Below the pieces are notes generated by a model. It had not been told where the DNA came from and made no database searches. It was given only the letters and a program-made list of their open reading frames with translations. A DNA stretch of 64,000 nucleotides from Bacillota bacterium (GTDB taxonomy: Bacteria > Bacillota > DTU065): positions 5,539 through 69,538 of the forward strand of contig JAHDNZ010000021.1 in the NCBI GenBank assembly GCA_018435125.1, given 5' to 3'. Position 1 is the stretch's first letter; the number at the start of each line of letters is the position of its first letter. Shown here piece by piece: positions 19,596-28,477 of this stretch. The translations under genes and the position numbers were made by a program.

Positions 19596-20738
19596 CTATA
19601 TATTGAAAATAATATTTGCTAAGTTTTCAGCACTAAAAGCCAAAAGCTCATCACCCTTAGATAAAGATTCCTCTAGAGATATAGGCCCTGGTGTAATCGA
19701 AAAAACTGCTTTAAACCCATGGCTTAAAAATAAACCTGGTTCAGTTAAGACTTTACCGGCAAGTGCAATTACCGGAATATTATATTTGTTGCCGTATTCA
19801 CATACTCCAAGAGGAGTCTTACCGGATATACTTTGCTTATCTAGCGATCCTTCACCGGTAATAATAAGATCTGCTCCTTGAATAAGCTGCTCGAATTCAA
19901 GATAATCCAAAATTAAATTAATGCCACGTACAATTTTGGCGTTAAAAAAGGCAACTAAAGCCGCAGTTATGCCACCTGCAGCACCCATTTTCGGTTCCTT
20001 AAGTATCTTTTTATTAGTAGTTTTTTCATATATATTAGCTAACCTGATAAGAAAATCATCTAAAAAAGCAACTTCTTTTGGTGTGGCACCTTTTTGAGGG
20101 CTAAAGGTAAAAGCTGCACCATTTGGTCCTGTAAGTGGATTTAGAACATCACTGGCAACCAGAAAGGTGCTTTCTTGCAGCCTTTTATCTAAATTGCTAA
20201 GTGATATTCTGTTTAGGTTAGCTAACGAAAGAGGAGTGGCTTTTAATTTTAGATTGTCTTGAAGAAACTCTACACCGAGTGCACTTAACATTCCAGCCCC
20301 TCCATCGGTAGTGGCTGAGCCACCCAGACAGATAATAAAGTTTCTTACACCTAAATCAAGAGCAGCCTTGATTTGTTGTCCAACACCATAGCTACTGGAG
20401 GTAAGAGGTTTTCGCAGATTTTTTTCTACTAAGGTTAAACCGATACTTGCGGCTACTTCAATAAAAGCAGTTTTACGGTCAGGGGTAAGACCAAACTTCG
20501 TTTTTATTTTTCTATGAATTGGATCGTAGCTTAAAGTGCTTTCTAAAAAACCACAGCTAGCGTCTACTAAAGCTTGTAAAGAACCTTCACCACCATCTGC
20601 TACCGGGACCTTAATAATTTTAGCTTCGGGTAAGACTCTATGGATACCTCTGGCAACAGAATTCGCTGCTTCTAATGAAGATAGACAGCCTTTATAGGAA
20701 TCAATGGCAATAACAATTTTAGGAGCAGGATTGTGCAT
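19596..20738 (-). CDS. glxK: glycerate kinase
   Basis: IAIDSYKGCLSS start, VADGGEG, GGSATTDGGAGML, ITGEGSLDKQS motifs of the glycerate kinase family. Confidence 0.85.
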   Translation of the reverse strand: MHNPAPKIVIAIDSYKGCLSSLEAANSVARGIHRVLPEAKIIKVPVADGGEGSLQALVDASCGFLESTLSYDPIHRKIKTKFGLTPDRKTAFIEVAASIGLTLVEKNLRKPLTSSSYGVGQQIKAALDLGVRNFIICLGGSATTDGGAGMLSALGVEFLQDNLKLKATPLSLANLNRISLSNLDKRLQESTFLVASDVLNPLTGPNGAAFTFSPQKGATPKEVAFLDDFLIRLANIYEKTTNKKILKEPKMGAAGGITAALVAFFNAKIVRGINLILDYLEFEQLIQGADLIITGEGSLDKQSISGKTPLGVCEYGNKYNIPVIALAGKVLTEPGLFLSHGFKAVFSITPGPISLEESLSKGDELLAFSAENLANIIFNI

Positions 20739-20793
20739 GCTAAAGCTCCTTTCTTATCTTTTCTATAAGATCAGACAAAACGAAAAAGAGTAG

Positions 20794-21972
20794 TTAAGAT
20801 TTAACATCACCGGCTTTAATTAAGGCATATTTGGCCAGCGGAGGTCCGATTAATTCATAAATAACAGTGGCAGAAACGATAGCCGGATGAATAAAATCCC
20901 CAATCCCGGGCAGAGTTTGCTTGGCGATTAAAGCCAACCCTAAAGCAACACCTGCCTGGGGAACAAGCCCTAAGCCCAGGTATTTTCTTACATTGCTATC
21001 AGCATGAGATATTTTGGCTCCAAAGAAGCTACCAAGAATTTTGCCAATAACACGGCCAATTACATAGACAACACCAATAAATCCCAGGCTAGTGAGGGAG
21101 GAGATATTTAACGATGCTCCAGATAGCGTAAAAAAGAGTACATAAAGAGGTGTATCTAAAGCTGTTATGCGATCGACAATTGAATCAGCACGATAGGAAA
21201 GATTGGCTATGGTAGATCCTAAAGCCATATTAACCAGAAGGGGAGAAAGATTAAAATGAAGTGCTAAACCAGCGCCTAAGGTTATTAAACCCAAGGTAAT
21301 AGTCTGTAGTTCAGCAGCTGTTTTAATCTTAGGTACTGCTTTAACTAAAAGTAGTCCAAGTAAAAATCCTAGTAAAAGGGCATAGACTACACCAAGGATT
21401 GATTCAAAAAAAACTACTAAAGGCATTACAGCACCAGAGCTAAGTGTCATAGAAGCAAAACCGGAGGCAATAGCAAACAAGATGACGCAAACAGGGTCAT
21501 CAATGGCAACTACAGCCAGAAGTGTATCTGTAAAAACGCCTTTGGCTTTGGTTTCCCGAACTACCATAATAGTTGCTGCAGGTGCTGTGGCTGCAGCAAT
21601 AGCACCAAAAAGCAGAGCTATATATAAGGGCTGTTTAAGAATAAAAAGCATACATAAAGTGACTACTACAGAAGCTCCTAGGGCCTCTAAAACAGCTATC
21701 CAGATGACACTGGCTCCTAAAGTCTTTAAGGTTTTAAGGGTAAATTGGGCTCCTATATTAAAAGCTATCAGACTAAGAGCCAAATGACTAAGAATAGTAG
21801 CAGTATTGTTCATCTCTGGGCTCATAATATTTAAAATTGAAGGCCCCATAATGATTCCGGCTATCAGATAACCAGTTACAGCCGGTAATTTAATTTTATT
21901 AACTAATTTACCTATTAGAAAACCAGCAAGAAGTAAGAGAGAACCATTTAAAACAACATTAATCTGGGACAA
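20794..21972 (-). CDS. cation:proton antiporter (CPA2/Kef-type membrane domain, no RCK domain)
   Basis: 392 aa with about 12 TM helices. LPAVTGYLIAGIIMGPS N-terminal motif of Na+/H+ exchanger family proteins. Confidence 0.75.
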   Translation of the reverse strand: MSQINVVLNGSLLLLAGFLIGKLVNKIKLPAVTGYLIAGIIMGPSILNIMSPEMNNTATILSHLALSLIAFNIGAQFTLKTLKTLGASVIWIAVLEALGASVVVTLCMLFILKQPLYIALLFGAIAAATAPAATIMVVRETKAKGVFTDTLLAVVAIDDPVCVILFAIASGFASMTLSSGAVMPLVVFFESILGVVYALLLGFLLGLLLVKAVPKIKTAAELQTITLGLITLGAGLALHFNLSPLLVNMALGSTIANLSYRADSIVDRITALDTPLYVLFFTLSGASLNISSLTSLGFIGVVYVIGRVIGKILGSFFGAKISHADSNVRKYLGLGLVPQAGVALGLALIAKQTLPGIGDFIHPAIVSATVIYELIGPPLAKYALIKAGDVKS

Positions 21973-22016
21973 ACACTACGGCGCTAAGAGCGCCTTCCCC
22001 CTTTCAATAAGAACTA

Positions 22017-22361
22017 TCAGGATTGTTTAAGTTTACCAAAACCATAAGCTTTAATAACCGGAAGTATAAAGAGCATGCCGGTGCCATCTTCATCGAGGTT
22101 ACCAACGACATTTTCCAGTTCTTCTTTCAGTTTATCAACATTAAAATCAACTTCGATCAAAGTATAAATTGTATAGTTGTAGTGTCTTTCACCTTGAAAA
22201 AGAGAGCGCAGATTAGCAAAGATAGATGTTTCTAACGCTAATACACGTCCCATTCCGGTACTGTTTAAAACCGTAGCTCCTTTGATACCACATTCATAAA
22301 AAGTTCGCAATACTGGTGTTAGAAGCTCAGGGTTGTCTAACACAAAGAATAAAACCTGCAT
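22017..22361 (-). CDS. P-II-like small regulatory protein
   Basis: 114 aa. MQVLFFVLDNPE...GIKGATVLNSTGMGR pattern of the P-II fold. Located 44 nt upstream of the antiporter on the same strand. Confidence 0.45.
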   Translation of the reverse strand: MQVLFFVLDNPELLTPVLRTFYECGIKGATVLNSTGMGRVLALETSIFANLRSLFQGERHYNYTIYTLIEVDFNVDKLKEELENVVGNLDEDGTGMLFILPVIKAYGFGKLKQS

Positions 22362-22475
22362 CTTTTTGTGTGCGGCAATAACTGTCGCTACTCCTTTCTA
22401 TTTACTTAGATCTATTATATCATCAGCTAAGAATAACGGATAAGACAAAGAGTAAAAACCATTATTTAAAATGAT

Positions 22476-22489
22476 TGCATGCGGTTACA
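22476..22489. promoter_or_regulatory. cre/LacI-type operator-like site upstream of the LacI gene
   Basis: TGCATGCGGTTACA matches 12/14 positions of TGWAANCGNTNWCA. Confidence 0.3.
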
Positions 22490-22631
22490 CTTTGAAATAG
22501 AAGGAATCAGAGGCTAATTGTGGAAACAAAACCTAGCAGATTAGTTAATGGAATTTGTCTTCCAATTTGCCATAACTAATGCAATAAAGATGGAGGTGAG
22601 TTTTGTCAGGCAGAGTCTGACACTTTTAAAT

Positions 22632-23642
22632 ATGAAAGCAACCATTAGAGATGTGGCTAAAGCCGCAGGGGTATCCCCTAGTACTGTATCACGTGTACTT
22701 ACAAAATCAGCTTATGTAGCTGAAGAAAAACAAGAAAAGGTTCTTGAGGCCATTGAAAAACTTAATTTTCAACCTAATGTTGTAGCTAGAAGCTTAAGAT
22801 TAAAAACCAGCCGAATTATCGGTTTGTTGATACCGGATATCACTAACCCTTTTTTTCCGGAAATCGCCAAAGGTATTGAAGATGCAGCTCATAAAAATGG
22901 CTATAACATTATGCTATGTAATACTGAAAATGATGTAAAAAAAGAAATGAACTATGTGGAGTTACTTAAAGGTAGACAAGCTGATGGTTTAATAATCGCC
23001 AAAGCAGGGGAAGAGCTTGATCATTTAAAAGATACTATTCGATCTGGAATACCGATTTCTTTTATCGACCGTCCTGTTAATTTGGATGAGGCCGATCAAA
23101 TTGTCTCCAACAACCATTTAGGAATGAAGATAGCTGTTGAAAAGCTTTACGCAACCGGCCATCGTAAGATAGGTTTAGTCGCCGGCCCAAAACATTTACG
23201 CGTTGCTGACGAAAGATTTCAAGGCTTTAGAGCGGGTATGTTAGCCCAAAACCTAGCCATCAACGAAAAGTGGATTTTCCACGAGGTGTTCTCAGTTAGC
23301 GGGGGTCGCAGCGCCGGTCTTAAGCTTTTAGAGATGCCAGCTCACCCCACAGCCATGATCTGTTCTAGTGATGTTTTGGCTATAGGTTTTATTGACAGCT
23401 TATTCGAAGCAGGATTTAGTGTACCTGAATATATGTCTGTTATAGGCTTTGATGATATTAATTTTACTAAATATCTCAAACCAAAACTCACTACCATTAG
23501 GCAGGCTAAATACGAAATGGGAGCAAAAGCTTTAGAACTTCTTCTTAAACGCATTAAAAGCAAAGAAGAAAGCCCGGAAAAAATAGTTCTTGATGTGGCC
23601 TTAGAAGACAGAGAGACAGTAGCTAAACCAAGAAAGAAATAA
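22632..23642 (+). CDS. LacI-family transcriptional regulator
   Basis: MKATIRDVAKAAGVSPSTVSRVL HTH plus a periplasmic-binding-protein-like core. Start uncertain: no clear RBS, and upstream in-frame ATGs lie at 22548 and 22590. Confidence 0.85.
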   Translation: MKATIRDVAKAAGVSPSTVSRVLTKSAYVAEEKQEKVLEAIEKLNFQPNVVARSLRLKTSRIIGLLIPDITNPFFPEIAKGIEDAAHKNGYNIMLCNTENDVKKEMNYVELLKGRQADGLIIAKAGEELDHLKDTIRSGIPISFIDRPVNLDEADQIVSNNHLGMKIAVEKLYATGHRKIGLVAGPKHLRVADERFQGFRAGMLAQNLAINEKWIFHEVFSVSGGRSAGLKLLEMPAHPTAMICSSDVLAIGFIDSLFEAGFSVPEYMSVIGFDDINFTKYLKPKLTTIRQAKYEMGAKALELLLKRIKSKEESPEKIVLDVALEDRETVAKPRKK

Positions 23643-23694
23643 GCTTATTTTTATCTATCTAAAATAGATTGATTTTATTGTAGGAGGAATGCTG

Positions 23695-24096
23695 GTGAAT
23701 TTTGGCAGGAGCTTTTGGCTGTTTGAATCGTCATTTCCTATTCTTTTCCTTGTAGTCTTTTTGCTGGTGATAGGCACTTTTGTTTATGTAATTATTTCGG
23801 GTTTAGTACATTTTTTTAAAAACAAAGCAAGTCCCCAACTAGTTGTATTAGCAAGAGTAGTAGCTAAAAGAACAGAGACCGGATCTAGTCCTGGGCATAC
23901 CTATTACCATGGTACAAGTCATTATCATCGCAGCCATAGTCATACCTTTACACGCTATTTTATTACTTTTGAGTTAGAAGACAAGGAAAGAATAGAATTG
24001 CAAGTTACAGGCCGCGACTATGGATTAATTGCTGAAGAAGATAAAGGGCGTCTTACTTACCAGGGGACTCGTTTTCAAGGGTTTGATCGCATTTAA
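23695..24096 (+). CDS. DUF2500-like membrane-anchored protein
   Basis: AGGAGG then GTG at 23695. One TM helix, then ...VVAKRTE...YFITFELEDKERIELQV...YGLIAEEDKGRLTYQGTRFQGF, as in DUF2500. Confidence 0.5.
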   Translation: MNFGRSFWLFESSFPILFLVVFLLVIGTFVYVIISGLVHFFKNKASPQLVVLARVVAKRTETGSSPGHTYYHGTSHYHRSHSHTFTRYFITFELEDKERIELQVTGRDYGLIAEEDKGRLTYQGTRFQGFDRI

Positions 24097-24118
24097 TTAA
24101 AGGGGGTAAGAAGTATTA

Positions 24119-24718
24119 ATGATATCAAGAGAGGTATTAGATAAAAGAGGAATTTACTGGGAAAATCGCATCAACAAATTTTTAACAGAAACAGTACCTG
24201 AAAACCCGTTTGTTTTTGCAGGTGATTCACTGGTGGAAAGATTTCCTTTAATAAAATATTTTGACCCTCGGTTTATTAATCGTGGTATAGGTGGAGATCA
24301 TGCAGATGGATTGTGGGAACGCAGAGAGCTAATGGCCTTAGAAAAAAAGCCGGTAGCTTTATTTCTAATGGTAGGAATTAATGATTTGCTTTTTAATTAT
24401 AAACGCCATGATATTCCTGAGCATCAAGCTAAATTTCTTGCTTATGTAAGCGAAAAAGCTCCTAAAACTAAGCTTTATTTGCATTCGATCTGCCCGGTTA
24501 AAAGTGAAGCAACATCACCCCAAGAAATTCAAGCTGTTAATAATAAACTTAAAGATCTAGCAAACAAAACGAACGCAGAATATATAGACCTTTTTTCTCT
24601 TCTGGCTGATTCTAAAGGAGAGATCTGGCAAGAATTCACTATTGATGGAGTCCATCTTTCTGAAAGTGCTTATGATATATGGGCTAAGGAGATAAAAAAA
24701 GTTATCAGGTTAAATTAA
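24119..24718 (+). CDS. SGNH/GDSL hydrolase (cytoplasmic)
   Basis: Block I FAGDSLVE, block II GIGGD, block III GINDL, block V DGVHLS. Confidence 0.8.
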   Translation: MISREVLDKRGIYWENRINKFLTETVPENPFVFAGDSLVERFPLIKYFDPRFINRGIGGDHADGLWERRELMALEKKPVALFLMVGINDLLFNYKRHDIPEHQAKFLAYVSEKAPKTKLYLHSICPVKSEATSPQEIQAVNNKLKDLANKTNAEYIDLFSLLADSKGEIWQEFTIDGVHLSESAYDIWAKEIKKVIRLN

Positions 24719-24740
24719 ATTTTTAAAGGAGTAATTCTGC

Positions 24741-25166
24741 TTGAAAAGATACATGGGGGTTTTTTTGGTTTTTTTAGCAGCTGCCTTTCTTTACAGTTAC
24801 GCATTTTCGGATTATGCTAAAAAATTAAATCAAAAGCAAACTAACGAATTAGTAAGTTCAAGCGAAGCTTATAGTGTGGTGCGTAGCTTTCTTTCGGTAG
24901 CTAATAAAAAAAATGAAGAAGAAATATTAAAAAGAGTAACCAAGAGGGGCTTAGATTTAGGGCTGGACATCTTTTTAGAACCTAGCTTACAACTTGTAGA
25001 AGTAGTTGGAACACCACTTACTACCTCCAGAGAGATTTCAGCTTTAATTTTGGCTTTTGATGAACTTAAGGGTGAGTTTACTCATTTTGTTTTATTATTT
25101 ATTAAAGACGAAACAGAGAATTGGTTTTTATATGGTTTATTTAGGCAGAAAGCTAAAGAAAGTTGA
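24741..25166 (+). CDS. secreted hypothetical protein
   Basis: TTG start. Signal peptide MKRYMGVFLVFLAAAFLYSYA. No family recognised. Confidence 0.45.
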   Translation: MKRYMGVFLVFLAAAFLYSYAFSDYAKKLNQKQTNELVSSSEAYSVVRSFLSVANKKNEEEILKRVTKRGLDLGLDIFLEPSLQLVEVVGTPLTTSREISALILAFDELKGEFTHFVLLFIKDETENWFLYGLFRQKAKES

Positions 25167-25178
25167 GGCTATAAAGAC

Positions 25179-25817
25179 ATGAAAAAGATCGAACTCCAAG
25201 AAAATGAGGTATTGGTTTTCCAAGGAGATAGTGTAACCGATTGTGGCTGCTCGAAAGAGGATGATTCTTATCTTGGTAACGGTTATGTAGGTTTAATTGC
25301 CGCTAGATTACTCTTTTGCTATCCTGAGTTAAACCTAAGAATCTACAATAAAGGCTATAGCGGAAATAGAATTTATGATATGGAAGCACGCTTTGACAAG
25401 GATTGTATTGATCTCAAACCCACAACTATTACTATTTTAATCGGTATTAATGACACCTGGAGACGTTTTGATAGCAATCTAATTTCCAAACCAAGTGAAT
25501 ACTATGCCTCTTATAGGAGAATTCTGGACAAATCTTTAGAAAAAAGCAAGGCCAAGCTAGTTTTAATGGATCCTTTTTTATTGCCAGATCCACCTGATAG
25601 AAAAGCCTGGCGTGAAGATCTTGAGGAGAGAATTAATATTGTGAGAAATCTAGCTAAAGAATATCAGGCAGTTTATATACCCCTAGACAGCTTGTTTTAT
25701 CAAGCTTCTATTAACACCTCCTATAACTATTGGTGTTTGGACGGAGTTCACCCGACACTCGCAGGACACAGTTTAATTGCCAATGCCTGGTTGCAAAACA
25801 TCGTTATTAAATCTTAG
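25179..25817 (+). CDS. SGNH/GDSL hydrolase (cytoplasmic)
   Basis: FQGDSVTD, GYSGNR, GINDTW, DGVHPT blocks. Confidence 0.8.
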   Translation: MKKIELQENEVLVFQGDSVTDCGCSKEDDSYLGNGYVGLIAARLLFCYPELNLRIYNKGYSGNRIYDMEARFDKDCIDLKPTTITILIGINDTWRRFDSNLISKPSEYYASYRRILDKSLEKSKAKLVLMDPFLLPDPPDRKAWREDLEERINIVRNLAKEYQAVYIPLDSLFYQASINTSYNYWCLDGVHPTLAGHSLIANAWLQNIVIKS

Positions 25818-25828
25818 TAGACTAGGAG

Positions 25829-27451
25829 GTGTTAAAAATAAAGGTTATATTTCTAATTTTAGTGTTAAGTATTTTTAGTCAGGCTTTTGAGTATCAAGGT
25901 TTTTCAAACTGGACTATATTTCAAAGTAACCTTAAACAAACCTCGGAAAAGCTGGTCCTTTCTAAAAATGATTATACCTACGCTCAGCTAGGAGAAAAGA
26001 ACTGGCAAGATTACGAATTGAAAATAAAATTAAAACCGTTAAGCTATGGTAAAAATGGAGTTCTGCGTTTGTTTTTCAGACAGGAGTATCCCTGGAATAG
26101 TTATTCCCTAGATATTACAGCTAAAAAAATCGAGCTTACTCGTTACGATGGCATCTGGGATAAAAATAAAGTTCTGGCCCAATCAGAAGGAATTAAAGCC
26201 GGAGAAGAAGTAGAATTAACCTTAATGGTTAAAGAAGAAAATTTTACAGTTTACCTTGATCAGGAATTAGTTATTTCGACTTCAAGCATTAAATATAAAA
26301 ATGGCATGATAACATTGTTCGCTGAAAACGTTGCTTTTCAGGCTAGCGATTTTTCGATTGTGGGGACCATCAGCAGTGAGATTAAAAGCGATCCCGGGTA
26401 TTTTCCTAAAGGAGACACCCGTGGCGGTGGAGTAGAGCATATGGTTCTAATATATGGAAACTCAGGTAGCAAATGGACTCACCTAGATGCCTACCCTTAT
26501 GTTGGATATTTAACTCCTCTGGAAGAAGCCAACTATCAGATTATCTATGAAGACTATTTATTTGATAGTTTTCTATTCTTAGCTCTTAAGGCTCCTGATG
26601 GTTATGCTTTTGATTCACCAAGTAGAGGAGAACCTGCGACCAAAACCGAGTGGCAGTGGTATATAGATAGTTTATTTACGGAAAATGAACAGCTTAACGC
26701 CTTTGATAAAGCTTTTGAGCTTGTTAATCAACAGTTAGGTGCAAATAGAAAAGCCAAGATCTATATTATGATTCCGTGTCCCATGCCAGAGACAAAAAAT
26801 TTCGGAGCAGTGGATAAAGAGGGTAATCTATCGTTTAACCACTCTGATCCGACTAAAAATAAGAACCATCGTTTCAAAGCTGTAACATGGTATATTGATC
26901 AGGTCTTAGAACGTTTTGAAAAACTTCAACCTAAAAATTTGGAACTAGTTGGTTTTTATTGGTTAGAGGAAAGCATCAACAAACAGGTCTCGGGTGGCAA
27001 AGAGCTCTTACTTGAAATTTCTGACTATCTCCACCAAAAGGATTTAAAATTTTCCTGGATTCCCTATTTTAGTGTAGCTGAACATCGAGATTATCAGGAT
27101 TACGGTTTTGATCTTTGCATCTATCAGCCAAACTATATGTTCAACAGCGAGTTGCCTCTAAGCAGGCTGGTAACTACAGCCAAAGAGGCTTATCAGTATA
27201 ACTTGGGAGTTGAGATCGAAGCTAGCGATTCTATTTTAGGTTCGATGAGTAGCCGAGAACGTTTCTATGATTATCTTAGAGCGGGTAGATCATTTAATTT
27301 TATGACTGATGCAACATTAGCTTATTATCAAGGGAAGAATGTTTTCGGAGCGGCTGCGTTAAGTAGTTTTCCGGAAATTAGGGATATCTATGATAATCTT
27401 TACAAATTTATCAAAGGGGAATTTGAAGAACCTCTTGAAAAACGAAGATAA
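25829..27451 (+). CDS. secreted LamG/DUF1080-like N-domain fused to a DUF4855-like TIM-barrel-type domain
   Basis: Signal peptide. N-terminal jelly-roll-like 180 aa (NWQDYELKIKLK...VYLDQELV). C-terminal part resembles DUF4855 (VGFYWLEES, WIPYF). The GTG start overlaps the RBS, so the start is uncertain. Confidence 0.5.
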   Translation: MLKIKVIFLILVLSIFSQAFEYQGFSNWTIFQSNLKQTSEKLVLSKNDYTYAQLGEKNWQDYELKIKLKPLSYGKNGVLRLFFRQEYPWNSYSLDITAKKIELTRYDGIWDKNKVLAQSEGIKAGEEVELTLMVKEENFTVYLDQELVISTSSIKYKNGMITLFAENVAFQASDFSIVGTISSEIKSDPGYFPKGDTRGGGVEHMVLIYGNSGSKWTHLDAYPYVGYLTPLEEANYQIIYEDYLFDSFLFLALKAPDGYAFDSPSRGEPATKTEWQWYIDSLFTENEQLNAFDKAFELVNQQLGANRKAKIYIMIPCPMPETKNFGAVDKEGNLSFNHSDPTKNKNHRFKAVTWYIDQVLERFEKLQPKNLELVGFYWLEESINKQVSGGKELLLEISDYLHQKDLKFSWIPYFSVAEHRDYQDYGFDLCIYQPNYMFNSELPLSRLVTTAKEAYQYNLGVEIEASDSILGSMSSRERFYDYLRAGRSFNFMTDATLAYYQGKNVFGAAALSSFPEIRDIYDNLYKFIKGEFEEPLEKRR

Positions 27452-27563
27452 AAAAGCAGGTCTATTAGACCTGTTTTTTAGTTACTTAAGCTTAAAAAGA
27501 GTCAAGGCTTTTCCAGTTTCTTAGTATAGCTAAGGAAGATAATAAAAGGTATCTGTATCTAGT

Positions 27564-28391
27564 TTATTTGTTGGTTAAAAGCTGTTCTAACCATTTTAAG
27601 TTAAATGCTAATACTTCCTTATAACAACTTTCATTATGAGTTTCATGTAAAAGACCAGGCCAGCTTTTAAATGTGCAGTGGGGGACTTTTTTAGCAAATT
27701 CTTTACTTGCTTTATATGAAGTTATGGGATCGTCAGTACCATGAACTAATAAAAGCGGTAGGGGAAAATAAGGGGCATTGGCTTTGGCAAAATCAGCTGC
27801 CTTATTAATTTCTTTAAAAAGTCCCACGGAGAGATAATCATGTACCAGTTCGTCGTTAATATATTTTGTAACTACTGTTTTATCTCTGGAAAGTCCCGCT
27901 GCGTCAAGACCGGTTTTGATAACAATTCCCGGAAAAAACAAAGCTTCGATATTGGCGAGTATTTCTTGAATTAAGCTCGGGGGCTTAGCCAGACTAAGCC
28001 AAGGACTAGTGGCAATAACACCTCTAAAGGGGGATTTCCTTCTTAAGGCGTAATTTAAGACCAGATTGCCACCTAGGCTATGACCATAAAGAAAACTTAT
28101 TTGATTGCGACTTAAGAGTTGGCTTTCACTAAATAAGAGGTCGATATCTTTTAGGAGGGCTTCATAACTAATTGCATGTCCGCGTTTTCCTTCTGAAAGA
28201 CCATGGCCTCTTAGATCAAACGCAATTACCGAAAAATCATGTTGGTTAAAAAAGCTGGCTACATGATCATAACGACCCGCATGCTCTCCTAGGCCATGCA
28301 CCAGATAGATAGTGGCCCTGGGTTTAAAAGCAGGCCAGTAGTGGTAGTAGATGCGAGTGCTATCAAAACCTTGCCAATAGCCATTAGGCAT
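27564..28391 (-). CDS. alpha/beta hydrolase, monoacylglycerol lipase / lysophospholipase-like
   Basis: HGLGEHAGRY, GHSLGG, HGTDD, LHE motifs. The ATG at 28391 has an AGGGGG RBS at correct spacing. Confidence 0.8.
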   Translation of the reverse strand: MPNGYWQGFDSTRIYYHYWPAFKPRATIYLVHGLGEHAGRYDHVASFFNQHDFSVIAFDLRGHGLSEGKRGHAISYEALLKDIDLLFSESQLLSRNQISFLYGHSLGGNLVLNYALRRKSPFRGVIATSPWLSLAKPPSLIQEILANIEALFFPGIVIKTGLDAAGLSRDKTVVTKYINDELVHDYLSVGLFKEINKAADFAKANAPYFPLPLLLVHGTDDPITSYKASKEFAKKVPHCTFKSWPGLLHETHNESCYKEVLAFNLKWLEQLLTNK

Positions 28392-28477
28392 AGATATACC
28401 CCCTAGCGCCATATTTTCAAGAAGTTGTTTATTTAAAAGGGGAACAATTAATGAGTCCCCCTTAAAGAGTAAATTAT

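Noticed and set aside
19540-19881. 113-aa plus-strand ORF
   Set aside because: It is antisense to the glycerate kinase CDS. No RBS or family resemblance.
21482-21787. 101-aa plus-strand ORF
   Set aside because: It is antisense to the CPA2 antiporter. Its Ala/Thr-rich mirror composition is typical of the reverse strand of membrane genes.
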